The notes below the pieces were generated by a model. It saw only the letters and a list, made by a program, of their open reading frames with translations, had not been told where the DNA came from and made no database searches. A DNA stretch of 64,000 nucleotides from Camelus ferus (Eukaryota), in NCBI RefSeq assembly GCF_009834535.1, contig NC_045696.1:117368001-117432000 (forward strand). Direction: 5' to 3'. Every line of letters begins with the position of its first letter. Within the stretch, counting starts at the first letter, position 1. This document shows, one piece after another, positions 50,295 to 62,628 of the stretch. The position numbers were made by a program, and so were the translations under genes.

Positions 50295-50830
50295 CTGGTT
50301 ATCTACCCAGTTTTCATTTTTCCTTGTTTCTTGCTATCAGTGTCTTAGTTTGTTCCTGCCGACTGTGACCGCAGACCTGGGGGATTACTTTTGATTGGTC
50401 CAAACCAGTGGCGGTAATCCACTTCACTTTGCTAGTCACTGGTCCAGGTGCAGGCATGTGATACAATTCTGGCCAATGAGATGTAAAAAGGATTCTGCGT
50501 CTGCATGCTGGGAGTGTTTGCCTCCTTCGTGAAACAGAGAAGAAAGATCATGTGCCCTCACTTTTCCCCATCCCCCTGGGGACATGATTGTTTGCAGTTC
50601 AACAGACACTTTCAACCATATCTTTTTTTAAAAAAATCAGAAATAGGCTGAGGATAGTGGTACAACAAAAATCAGAAAATCCTGGATCTTTTGACATCTC
50701 CGGAGTGTCATACCAACCCTGGAATTTCTACCTCCACCCTTTCTGCTATGCTTAACCATTAATTGACTCTATAGTTGAAGCTATTGTTAGTCAGATCTAC
50801 TATAACTTGCAGTGAAAAGCAATCCTAATG
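50295..50830 (+). mobile_element. MLT1K/L-like MaLR LTR remnant
   Basis: GGCATGTGATACAATTCTGGCCAATGAGATGTAA and end GTTGAAGCTATTGTTAGTCAGATCTAC...ACTTGCAGTGAAAAGCAATCCTAA. Confidence 0.65.
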
Positions 50831-52824
50831 CTTAATACTAAGGTTTTGTATAGCACCTTGTATAGAGGAGGCATTCAGTAGATTTTTCATTTAAATGAGA
50901 TTAATATGCAATCCAGATCACTAGGCCTGGATGCACATTGTAGAGCCCAGATTTAGTCTAGCTGAAGAGTGTCTGGGGCAGGCACCCAGGTCCCAAAGTC
51001 CTGCACCCTTCACTTAACACCAGCTTGCTCGTTACCCGTATCAGTGTGTCTGAAGGCCTGGGTTTTTCAGTTTGTTTTTCACGTGGTGGGTTGCATGCCT
51101 TGAAGCAGCCCAGGTTGCTGGGTTCCTGCAAGCTCCTGCCCCCTACGCCTCCTCAGGGCTGGGCGCTCTTCATCAGCCCAGCTTTCACTCCTCTGAGCAA
51201 TGCTCTGAGCCACCGGTCACCATTACATCCTCTCTCCCTGTTTCTTTCTACACCCTTCAGAACCACCATGTTGGCGTGGAACGCACAAGAGCCTGGCAGG
51301 GTAAGAGAAATGGAAAAGGAACAGAGGCTTAAATAATCCATCAGCTGGCTAATCCATCTCTGAATAATTCATAAACTGACTAATCTGACCCCACCATCCT
51401 GCCTATACATCTTGGAAAACAGAAAGGAGCCTTCAGGCAGCGAGCCCTTCGCTCCTTCCAGAGAGCTCCAGGGTCTCAGGGCAAAGCCAAGAACTGTTCC
51501 TGCCACCACCACGTCCACGGGGCTTGGAAGGGACAGCCATTCAGCTCAATGTTCTTCCCCGTGGTTTCACTAGCACTACCGTGAAATACTTCCGGCAGGG
51601 GAAACAAAACATCAAAGAATTCAAAGGAAATGAAGTCATCAGAGTCAAGTCCCCAGTGTTCCCAGGAAGAGAATCTTCATGGTTAAGAAGAAAGATCCGA
51701 AAAAAACACGTTTAAAAATCTTGACTCTAAATCTCCCTTCCTTCTTGAGAACAAAAGTGTACATTTCTCAGTCCCCTCTGCTGCGGGCTCCCGGAATAAA
51801 GATCCCAGGTCACAGAAAAGGAAAACAAGACTGCATCTCTTTGATAACCTGGCGTGAAAGGATGGGTAAACACCAGTGTTACCTACTATGGATGTGCTAA
51901 CTGTCTTTGGTATAGGAAGTCTATATTTTAGGGAGAAAATGATTTGACCCATAGAATGTCCCCAGGCAGCGGTAATGGGACAGCTATGTAAGGGAAGAAA
52001 GTTTTTAAAGCTGGTAAGATTGGGAATCAGGTAGCTGGTATCCACACTGAAATTTTTAAAGAAGAAGATCTCGGTCACTACATGTCATTATTTGTAGAGT
52101 TTTAAAAAATCCTGACATGTTTTCCCCCTTGGCTGAGAAAGAAAACTATAATGGAATAAAAGCAGATGCGTCATTAATGCTTTTAGCATCTTTTCTTTCA
52201 TTCTGCACACCTTCAATCTCCCGCTGAGTATCTCCTCTCTGCTGAGCACTGTGCTGGGCACGGGGACTCATGAGAATCAGGCAAAGCCTCTGCCCGCAAG
52301 AGTTCGCAGGTCTGGGGACAGAATTGTTCATCTAGAAGCTTTGAATTAATCATATCTGGGCACTACCACTTGCCTTAATATAAAGCGCACAGAATTGCAT
52401 AGAATGCTGCAGCCAGAAGCAACTTCAGGGAGCTGTCTGTGATGGGGAAACGGGAGGTAATGAAAAGTTGGAGCAGCCATGATCTGCTTTAACCACCTCT
52501 GAAGAATTAAGAGACTACTGGCTACGCCAAACTAGCCCCTCCAAACGAGAGCCTGCCACATGGTGGAGGTGCTGGATAATATTAATTGAAGGGATAAGAG
52601 AGCCTCCTCTAAAATCTACAAATACATAGAAAGGCCAAGCCACCTCTGGGAGGTGAAATTTCCTATGGCGAAGTCTCCCCATCTCTAGTTCGTGGCTTTG
52701 CCAGACACAACGCCGTTCAAGCAAAAAGCAACCTCTTATCATTGATCGAGACCTCTCTTTGTCATTCACACTTTGAGGCTCTCTTGCCTCCATTCTCTGA
52801 CCTGCTTCATAAATTTTAACAGAG

Positions 52825-54270
52825 ATTTCTTAAGTAAATACTTTATTGGCATGTAGCACGCAAACAGAAAATTACACAAACCGTAAGGGTATAGGTCAAA
52901 GTGTGTCTACCACGTGATCACAGCTGGTTTCCCAGCACCTGGAGTAAGTAACAGAGATCGCTGCACCCAGATTCCCCCCTCACACCTCTGCCTTTACTTG
53001 CCCCACCGCCCCCACCCTTGCCAACACACACACGCACGCACAAACGTAACCGCTGTTCTGATTTTTATCACTGTGGTTATTTTTGTTTTTAATTTTACAT
53101 AAATCAGTTATTCACTGTGTACCATTTTGCATCTTTCACTCAATATTCTGTTTGTGAGATTTTCTCCTGTGGTAGCATCTATCTATTCCTCCACAGTAAA
53201 TGTAATAATATAGTAATGCAGTAATAAGTAACTGTAATTCCACTAGGTGTACACACAGATGCTCACATACCCAGACACATCACAATTTATCCATGCTTCT
53301 ACCATCGAGGGACATTTAAGTTGCTCCCAGTTTTGAGCGCTTATGAATGTAGCTGCAATAAGCATTCTAGTTCACATTTTTTGGTGCATATATGTGCCTA
53401 TATCGCCTCAATATAGAAGAAGTGAAATTGCTGGTTTAACATAGGTATAGTTAAACTCTATTAAAAACTGCCAAACAGTTTTCCAGAGTGGCTTCACTAG
53501 TTTACGCTTCTATTAGCAGTGAATGAGAGGGCCAGTTTGTGCCTGCCAAGCGTTTAGAATTGTCAGATTTTGCTTTGTTTTGTTATTTTTAGCCATTCTG
53601 ATGGATACATGGTATCTCACTGTGGTTTTAATTTGCCTTTCCTGATGACAAATTGTATTGAGCCCCTTTTCATATGCATGTTGGGCCGTTTAGGTAGATA
53701 ATTTCTCTTACAAAATATAGGTCTTCAAATCTTCTGCCATTTTAAAAATTGGGTTATTGCTCCTTTTTGTTGATGTATAAAACTTCTTTATCAATGTAGG
53801 ATGAGTCTTTTGTCATACTTTTGTGTTGCAAATTTGCATTATCTTTTGGCTTTCTTAATGATGTCTTCTCATGAGCAGAAAGCCTTCATTTCAATTAAAT
53901 TCAATGTGTCAATCTTTTTCTTTTAGGTTAGTCCTCTTGTGTCCTGTTTGCTAAATCTTGGCCTACCCCAGGTTCATGAAGATCTTGTCTTAAGTTATCT
54001 TCTAGAACTGTGCCATCCAATAGGGTTGCCACTAGCCAGATGTGACTACTCAAATTTAGATTAGTGAAAACTAAACAAAATTAAAAGCGAACTTCCTCCA
54101 TTGCACAAGGCATACTGTGTGGCTAGTGGACAATGGCTTTTCCATCTTCAAAGAAAGTTCTATTGGACAGCACTGTTCTAGAAGTTTTGTTGTTTTAACT
54201 TTTATATGGGCATCCCCAATCCACTGGAACTAATTTGTCTTTTTTTTTTTTTTGGTATAATGTGAGGTAG
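52825..54270 (-). mobile_element. Ancient L1M (L1MC/MD/ME-type) 3' region, interrupted by MER3
   Basis: Antisense L1 motifs GGACATTTAAGTTGCTCCCAGTTTTG, AAACTGCCAAACAGTTTTCCAGAGTGG and TGGTATCTCACTGTGGTTTTAATTTGC. Confidence 0.8.
54008..54175 (-). mobile_element. MER3 hAT-Charlie MITE nested in L1M
   Basis: Termini CTGTGCCATCCAATA...TATTGGACAGCACTG. Perfect 8-bp TSD TTCTAGAA at 54000-54007 and 54176-54183. Confidence 0.85.
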
Positions 54271-55114
54271 GACCATTAACTCTTTCATTGGGTCCATTGA
54301 TGAGATATTTGGCAATCAGGATTATTTGCATGAGATTCTGCCTGAGGAAAAAAATACACTTTCATTGTGTTACATCGTTGTTATTTTGGTGTTTGTTTTA
54401 GCAGCTAGCGTTACTTACCTTACTAAATAGAGTCTACAATGTCACTGGTTTTCATCTTCTCTTCTTTCTTAACCTTCAGTTTCAGTGCATGCTTTCTTTG
54501 GGGTTAGGACTTCTAATTCCTATTCTACCTTTTCTTCTTCTTATCAACTCAGTTTTGATGCCTTGGGAGCCCATTTGTAGAACTCCCTCCCGTCGCTGGA
54601 TCTTTGAGATGTGGAGCACCCATATTCACACACACGGAATAAGATATTCTTTATTGAGCATCTGCCATGTGCAAACGGCTCTCCACCCACGTCTAACTCT
54701 TCCTCACTGAATTCTGTAAGAACACCATCGCACATTTCCCTAATCTGACCAATTCCACAAAATATGACCCGATCGTTGTGGACATGTCCATGCTTCCCAC
54801 AGACTCTACAGGTTGAAGAGCAACTCCAAGACCTGCCTCTGAGAGACACCTCCTTCATCGTAAGCTGCTGTGAACTGAAGACTTACTGTGCAGTATTCAA
54901 AACGTGAAACTCTATGAAAAGAGAAATCCCATTTCTGTCGAGGGGATTGGATCAGACACATCAGGAGGGCGCCTCCTGGGCCAGGGCTAGAGCAGAGCTC
55001 TGGGGGTTCTTTAGGATCAAATAATCACATGAGGTTGACACTAGCAGAGGGATCATAAATGGAGGACAAAGCAGAAATGTTGTGGTCCAACATGGATACC
55101 TAAATGTATCTTTG

Positions 55115-55570
55115 GGTATCTGAGGTTGAATTCTCCAGAAGTAGACCCTGAAATAAGGATCTGTTTGCAAGGGATTTATTAAGGAAATACTCCCCCTGCC
55201 CCCGACCCCTGGGAAGTGGAAAAAGCATGGGAGGGAAGGAGAAGCCACCAATGACAGAGACAATTTCAAGAAAAGTCTCAGCCTGAGTCTGACCCTACAG
55301 GGAAGTTCTGGAGTGTACGTTACCCAATTCATGGCAAGCGAGCTGGGGTTTTGTGTCCCTGTACTAGTCAGCTGGGCATTGACGAAAAGCTGCTGTTGAT
55401 GACAAAGAAAAGAAGGAGGCCAGGGCAGGACAAAGCTTCTAAGCACCACCTGCTGTCTGTCCATGTGAGCAAAGTGACTTCCGTAGCCAGTAGTCAATGC
55501 CCAAAGTGAGTCACCCACAGGTACGGGTCGTTAAAAGCAAAAACACACAGAGGTTCAAAGGGGCACCCAG
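55115..55570 (-). mobile_element. Old ERVL LTR (LTR16/LTR40-like)
   Basis: TATCTGAGGTTGAATTCTCCAGAAGTAGACCCTGAAATAAGGAT...GCAAGGGATTTATTAAGGAAATACTC. Confidence 0.55.
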
Positions 55571-56128
55571 AAACCAGGAAAAGACCATGGAATCTAAGAG
55601 GAGTAACTTTAGTGTCCATGTGGCAGCTTTAAGGGGAAAGGACAAACGTAATTGTAGGGGTCAAAGCCAGAGGTCAGAGAGCAAGTAATTCAGAAACAAC
55701 CCAGGAAGGGGCCAGAGAGTCCAACTTTTCATTTCACTAAATGATCCTAGTGATCATGACTGAGTATTTCTGGGCTACAGGTACAGAATCAGAACAGGGG
55801 AACTGGAAGACTTGCTCTGATTGACTTCATTACATAAATTCCCAAGGAATTCTTCTGCATGAGAGTTCTACAGTCTGGTAACTGCAAACTTCCTTCCATC
55901 ATTCCTTCACCAATTTTTATTTTTTTGTCATTCTGATATACTAGTTGACAGTGAAGTTATAAGTTCTCCTCTCCCATACTACCCAAAATATATTTTATAA
56001 AATAACTGACTGTTCAAGAAATCATTCTTTGCATGCTCACCATCAGCTGGGTAGTTGCTAAGCACCATCTGATAATTCCCCCATTGACGTCTCACAACCG
56101 TCACTGTGATATGTATTGCTATCACGTA

Positions 56129-56214
56129 TAGGGTTGAGCCACATGAAACCATGGATATTTGACCTCTTTTGATTTTTGACAAGAACAAACACCATTTCAT
56201 ATGGTTCCACCTTA
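56129..56214. mobile_element. MADE2-like mariner MITE (hairpin)
   Basis: Inverted termini TAGGGTTGAGCCACATGAAA / TTTCATATGGTTCCACCTTA, about 86 bp, with a TA on the left flank. Confidence 0.75.
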
Positions 56215-56559
56215 CAAATACGACTTCCAAGTTGACGATACTTCCTCACTTGAAGGGAAAAAGAATGGAATTTCAGATATTTTTGACAGTCACCATCGAT
56301 CAGACCCTGCCTGAAGAATACAATGAACAAGACTGACATGGTAACTTTAGCCACCCCTCGTGGAGCTTACAATTTAGTAGGAAGAAAGTAAAGTTCAGAG
56401 AGGTAAAGGAACTTACCTTCAGCTGCACAGCATGAGAAAGGCAGTGCCAGCATCTCAACCCAGATCCCCAGATCCCACACTAGGTACCTTGAATCCAACT
56501 GTCTCCCTGAAAAACATAAACAATCAAGTCACCCATGGCAATCTGGAAGCAATAGTTAC

Positions 56560-57540
56560 ATTTTCCTTCCTCCCTTAAAAGCTTTCTTGGGATGTCAGGA
56601 GAGATGAGTCAAATGAATGTAATTATCTCATTAGCAATTTTGAGAGAGGTGTTACTTTTTCATTAAGACACAATTATATTGAAAAAAAACTGAGCAAAAA
56701 TTCAAAATCAAATTCAATTTTTGTGTCAAGAGCACTAGGCTAAAAGACCATCCTTTCCCTTTTGTAAATAACTTTCCCAAGGTGTGAAAAGACGTGTGGC
56801 AGGTGTATAATTTTACTGATCCTTTAGAAGCAGCTGAAATGTGGAAAAACCAGAGAGCTGGCTTAGAATAGATCCCTGGCCTTAGTTTAGCTTCAGCTGC
56901 CTAAATGTGGTCATTTCAAGACAGATTCCCAAAGTTAATTATGTTTTCCTGTAAAATGTCGCATTAATTGTAAGTGGAGAGGATTAAAATGGAATGTATA
57001 ATACACCACTCAGATGGTTTGTTGTGTATTTTTTTTTCCAAATAAGTGTACCACACATGATGTCCCTGTAATGGTATTAATTATTTATCACTCTATGTGG
57101 AGAAAATATCAATTATAATAAAGTGTAAAAGGGTTATTAGCTTTTCTGAACAATAAATAAAGTGGAAGTTTTGCGATCAATATGATGAATATATTAAGTT
57201 AAAATTCTCTTTTGCCATAACGGTTGATAGAATTTTATGTACCAATCTCATGAAAGTGTTATAAAGATTTTAAAAAGAAATACATTAAATACAAATAAAA
57301 TCTATTAAAGAAGGTAATTTTAAATATTTAATGGTATAATTAAGTCTTATTAATGTAACATTCTTTATTTTTCAGATTAAAAATTCACAGGACTGTCATC
57401 TCTTTCATCTTAATCAGACACCGTGTTTGTTGTAATGATTTGTGATGTATTTTCATTAACATTTGATGAATATTAACGGTTTGAAATAAAACAATGTTTT
57501 TTCTTTAGCTCTGATGACTAACGGGGGCTACTTCACAGCT
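56560..57540. promoter_or_regulatory. AT-rich repeat-free block, candidate conserved non-coding element
   Basis: Many TAAT/ATTA cores, AP-1 site TGAGTCA at 56605-56611, no recognisable repeat. Confidence 0.3.
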
Positions 57541-57699
57541 AGCAGAGAGAGCCAGACAGGAAATGGGGAGCTGTCTCCCCAGCTCTGCTAGGCCAAGGGC
57601 AGGGTGCCATCCAAAGGTCTTAAAGTTTCACCTCCTGCTTTCAATTGTGCAGGACCATGGCTTTGCCACACCTGGGAAAGTGTATCTTAGCATCATCGG

Positions 57700-57910
57700 G
57701 GAAGCACAGGGTTCAGAGCAGCCGAGAATCAGATTCAAATTCAGCTTCTGGTACTTCCCCTCTTTTATTTTTGGGCAAATTGCTAAACATCTTGAGCCTC
57801 TGTTTCCTGATCTATAAAATAAGAAGCATAACACCTTCCTTGCAGAGTAGCTGTGAGACTAAGAACAAGTCAATATACAGCGCCTGACTCAGAGGAGATG
57901 CTGAATAAGG
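57700..57910 (+). mobile_element. MIR SINE remnant
   Basis: TTGGGCAAATTGCTAAACATCTTGAGCCTCTGTTTCCTGATCTATAAAATAAG. Confidence 0.7.
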
Positions 57911-58049
57911 GAAAAATAATAATTGGATGTGCCCCCTGGAGTACTTGCAATGATGGGAAAGGAGGCATTAGTGTGGGTTCTGATTCGGTTTAGCTGGAGA
58001 AAAGAAGAAAGTGATATTGTATATCCGATGACACCATTCTTTTCCAAGA

Positions 58050-58557
58050 GCATGCATTAAAAATGAGTGAGAACTTTTATGCTACAAAAGATACCATTAG
58101 GAAAATGAAAAGACAAAGCCAGAGACTGGAAGAAAAAAAATTGCAAATCGTATTTCTGATAAAGGACTGTATTCAGAATATATCAAGAACTCTTACAACT
58201 CAATAAGGAGACAAAAATCTCAGCTTAAAAAGTGGACAAAATATTTAAGCAGACATTTCACCTAAAAGGATAATGGCCAACAAACATGTGAAAGCACACA
58301 GAGTGGCATCAGTCATTAAGGAATTGCTAATTAAACCACGTTGAGTTTTTTTATACCCACGCTATACACTAAAATAGCTATAATCACACAAAAAGAGACA
58401 ATACGAGGTGCTGATGAGGATGTGGAGAAAAGGGAAACCTCATGTATTGCTGGAGGAAATGTAAAGTGGCAAGGCCACTTTGGAAAACAGTTTGGCAGTT
58501 TATTGAAACTTACCATGTGACCCAGCAATTCCATGCCTAGGAATCTATCCAAGAGAA
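58050..58557 (+). mobile_element. Old L1M ORF2 3' fragment
   Basis: CAAAAGATACCATTAGGAAAATGAAAAGACAA...GAGGATGTGGAGAAAAGGGAAACCTCA...CCACTTTGGAAAACAGTTTGGCAGTT. Confidence 0.8.
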
Positions 58558-60370
58558 TTCTGTCTAACTGTCCTCCTCCAGTTGCAACACCTGTCACCTT
58601 ACCATTCATGTCTTTTCACCTCTATTCACTCTGGATTCCCTAGAACCCTAGAGAAAGAAGTAAAAAAAAAAAAAAAAGGTGGGTTCCCACGCTAATCACA
58701 AATAAGAAGACTTCAATGAAAAGCTAGGAAAGTTTCACCCATCAGCTAAATGATTTCTCATTTATTCTCCCTTCACACATCAAATCTATTTAAGGACTCA
58801 GTTATGGAATTTTCCCCTTTTACATCCAGCAGGCACAATGAATGTTCCATACTCAAGAAGGTACAGGGGAAACTTACACAACAACATTAATGGAAACATG
58901 ATACTTTTAAGAGACCAATGAGGTATGAGCCATAACCTTGACATTAGTCTAAAGGGATGGACTGTCGCTCTAGCTAGCTGCATGTTGACCTTTTGGCAAA
59001 CTCCGTATTTAAATGATAGTGATCTTTGTGCTTTAAACTTCATAAGTGCCTTAACTTTCATAATTTCTTTATAACCAAAATTGTATAAAGTTACTTAACT
59101 GCCTTGAGCTTTAGATTACTCATCAGAAAGAAAAAAAAAATACCAGAACGTTCAGTGTTCAGCCTTGGTTGTTTGGGGTTTGTCATTGGAAATTGTGTAG
59201 GTTTCATTAAATGGGCTGATATGTGTAAGGAAAGTGTGTGTGACTTGTACACAACTGCAACCTTCTTGTTGGGGTGGGGGAAGACGATGCGTGTTGACTT
59301 ATCATTGACACCCTCGTATCACAGCTTTCCAAGAACCTTCACACTGAATCAAATTTACAACACAGCCCCCAAGCGAAAGTTTGGTTCAAGGGACTTACAA
59401 GAGAATGAAGGAATGAGTGAGGAGCTAGTACTTTCTGATACCAATAAAGATAGTGTTCCCAGGGAGTACGGAAGACGATAAACCCCAACCAGATAAAAAA
59501 GAAAGACATGTTAGGACTGCCTGCCTCCTCTTTGAAACGTTGCGATGGTATTATTGCCTACGTGTGAGCATAGTTCTACTAACAGCCTCTGTATCACAAG
59601 GTATTTCTACTCCCTGTAAAGCTGTGAAAAACCTCACGGGACGTAAGCATAAAGATGAAGTAAGGAGAGAAAAGAATAGAAACAAAACGGGCAGTGAATG
59701 CAAACCCAACTACACCAGACCGATACTGTTTACGCAAAACACAGTGGCACTGGATCGTTTTTTAAAGACTCGGTTTTGTCTCCTTTTTAATTATGAAGGA
59801 TAAAATAAAATTGAGTGACTGAGAGGAATAAATAGATAATGAAGTATCAAGGGTTTTTATATAGAAGCTCCTTATTAAAATGACTGTCTCCTTCCACTGT
59901 TTAATCTAATTTCTGCAAGGCAGGTTTTCACTTGTTCTGCTCATATAAATGCACAGGTAGTAGAGGTCTTATTAAGACACTATGCAGTTCACACCCAGAG
60001 CTTGAAGAACAACTTTAACCCCTTCAATGCTCAGTGCATTAACTCTCCACTTGTGGTCTGCTTTTTCTCTCTCCATTCCCTCTGTCCCGTGAAAACTGGC
60101 AGTAGCTGGCTGACTTCTGGACTGTTATTTTAACACTGTATTGAAGGCTTACTGATATATAATCTCTTCTATGTAATATATAATTCCTCTAGGTAATCTC
60201 CTGTATGTTATAGTTAATTCCAAACCATAACAGATCTTTAGTTAGCAGCCTCACTAAACAATATATTGGTCTAGGCATTAGAGAAAGTTAATTCACAGTA
60301 TCTGTCTTCAGGACACTGACAGCCTTCGGTCCTTGATTAGAAAAATCATCCTACCCAGCCTTTCTGTAGA

Positions 60371-60500
60371 TTAAGTGATGATACAATTTATTGTCCAAAT
60401 CAGGACATTTTAAAATGTGAAGCAGGTACTATTAATAACACAAGGACAATAGGCAAAAACTAGGAGGGGCTTGCACAACCCTGGACAAATGGTCACCCTA
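60371..60500 (+). mobile_element. MER94 hAT-Blackjack MITE
   Basis: ATACAATTTATTGTCCAAATCAGGACA...CTATTAATAA...ATGGTCACCCTA. Confidence 0.7.
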
Positions 60501-60997
60501 TTTACGGGTATACAAACCATAAAAGCTGTGGAGGTTTAGAGGACAGAGACTCTCCCATTGTCTGGTTGGAACCCCATTTCCAGTCTTCATGTCTTTATTA
60601 CATCAGTATGACTCCTGAATCATAACGTTCCCAGATGGAGTCCTCAGCTCAATAAACCTGGGTTGCAAGTGGGGTTGTATATTTTGTAGAGGACATCATG
60701 GGAGGACAGGCCCACAGGTTTAATCTGAAATGCAGACAAATTGCTTTTGCTGTTTTCCATGAGCATTTTGCTGTTTTTCACTTCATGTCGACCCTGTTCC
60801 AGTCGTGTCTTTCCTTAACATGCTCTCTAGGTCCCCAATCAGCTGATGTTCCTCGCACCTTCTGGTTGGCTAGAACATCCCTCTCCATGCAGTGCTGAGT
60901 CTGTACCTCCACGTGGTGGTCTCAGCCCTCTCCATCTTCGAATACAGTAAATCACCAGCGGACATATCACGCCTCCTAAACTCCAGGTTCTGCATTC

Positions 60998-61547
60998 TGG
61001 TAGCCAGCCTCCAAGATGGTACCAATGATTCCTAGCTCCTGGTACTCACATCTTTTGTGCAATTGTCTCCTCGTCCCACCTCACCAGACACACACTAAAT
61101 AGCGCTGATGTGTATAACCAAAGAGATATTGCAGAAATAGCAGAGTGTGACTTTGGAGATTAAGTCATAAGAGACATTGAGGCTTTCTTCCTACTCTGTT
61201 GGCTCATTGGCTCTGGGAGATGCCAGATACCATGTCATGAGGACAACCAAACATCCCTATGGAGAGGCCCGTGTGGGGTAGAAATGAGGCTTCCTGCCAA
61301 TAAGCAGCACTAGCTTGTCGGGGGCATCAATGCACCACCTTACAGGTAGATCTAGTTCCACTTGTGCCTCCAGATGGCTGTAGCCAAACCAGAATGACTG
61401 CAAACTCATGACAGATCCTGAACCAGAAGGACGATCAGTAAAGCCACTCCTGAATGTCAAACCCACAGAAACTGTGCGATAATCAATGCTTATTTAAGCT
61501 GCTGAGTTTAGGGGTAATTTGTTATGCAGCAATAGATAAGTAGCACA
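60998..61547 (+). mobile_element. MLT1E/F (MaLR) solo LTR
   Basis: TGGTAGCCAGCCTCCAAGATGGTACCAATGATTCC...GGGGTAATTTGTTATGCAGCAATAGATAAGTAGCACA. Confidence 0.85.
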
Positions 61548-61689
61548 ACGAAAGCTGAAAATATTTAGCTAATCATGGTCTCCAGCAGAGTGGGGGCTCT
61601 GTAAATATTTGTTTGAATTGAATTGAGTTGAACTGATTTAAGCTCTAGGGTTGAGCACTGAGTTTATACACAACAATGCCTCTTAGAGA

Positions 61690-61802
61690 GGGGAGGGTGT
61701 AGCTCAGTGGTAGAGCACAGGCTTGGCATGCACAGAGTCCTGAGTTCAATCCCTAGTACCTCCATTTAAAAAGAAAAAGAAAAAAAGAAAAGACAGGAGC
61801 TC
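61690..61802 (+). mobile_element. Vic-1-like SINE, short form
   Basis: GGGGAGGGTGTAGCTCAGTGGTAGAGC...GAGTTCAATCCCTAGTACCTCCA plus A-tail. Perfect 13-bp TSD CAATGCCTCTTAG at 61674-61686 and 61803-61815. Confidence 0.92.
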
Positions 61803-61935
61803 CAATGCCTCTTAGGAGAGCAGGGACATTCCTGACCTGACAGGCCTGGGTGAAATCTCAGGAACAATCTACTTATGTAGGAGTAGGTGTTAGTACATAA
61901 TAGTGGCTAAGATTTTTTTTTTTTGAACAGTCCTT

Positions 61936-62118
61936 TTTTTAAAAAAAATAAATTTTATTTCTTATTTTCTTTCCAGAAATTTATTATTTATTTATTTATT
62001 TCAGGAGAGGAATGAATTTTGTTTATTTATTTACTTTTTAATGGAGGGACTGGGGATTGAACCCAGGACCTTGTGCATGCTAAGCATGCACTCTACCACT
62101 GAGCTCTACCCACCCGCC
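61936..62118 (-). mobile_element. Vic-1-like SINE, long form
   Basis: GGGGATTGAACCCAGGACCTTGTGCATGCTAAGCATGCACTCTACCACTGAGCT. TSD TTGAACAGTCCTT (61923-61935) / TTGAAGAGTTCTT (62119-62131). Confidence 0.92.
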
Positions 62119-62144
62119 TTGAAGAGTTCTTAAATGTAAAACAT

Positions 62145-62345
62145 TGTGCTTTAAATATATTAATCTCACTTCATCGTCACAAAATTCCTATGAGTTATAT
62201 CTTACTGTCCCCATTTGGTAAATAAGAAAATTGAGGCAAAATATATTAGGTACCTTGCCCGTGACCACCTAGCCTAGCAAACAGAGATTGGGAGTTGAAC
62301 TTGAACAACTTGATTCCAGGGATCATGCTCTTGGCATTACACTGT
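62145..62345 (-). mobile_element. MIR SINE remnant
   Basis: CCCCATTTGGTAAATAAGAAAATTGAGGC...TAGGTACCTTGCCCGTGACCAC. Confidence 0.6.
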
Positions 62346-62459
62346 CTTGCGTATCAGAAAAATAAGCAAAATAAATCTGAGCTCCGAGTCGTCCTAGTAA
62401 CAATCTCAGAGTCGTCTTTCTTAACTTTGGGGGCATTGTTGATAAACCAAACTCTAGAC

Positions 62460-62628
62460 AAGTTGTTCTCAAAGACCAGCAGCATCAATAGCATTTGCTT
62501 GTTAGCAACGCAAATTCCCAAGCCCACCCAGACCCACTGATTCAGAAGCCTGGGGCGTCGGGCCCAGTAGTGGTGTTTTAATAAGCCCTCCAGGAGGTTC
62601 TGTCACAGCTCAGCTTTGAGAATCGCTG
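62460..62628. mobile_element. MER5A hAT-Charlie MITE
   Basis: TIRs AGTTGTTCTCAAA / TTTGAGAATCGCTG. TSD CTCTAGAC / CTCTAGAT. Confidence 0.8.

Noticed and set aside
54961..55518. 185-aa minus-strand ORF
   Set aside because: Lies largely within an old ERVL-type LTR and shows no protein similarity that I recognise.
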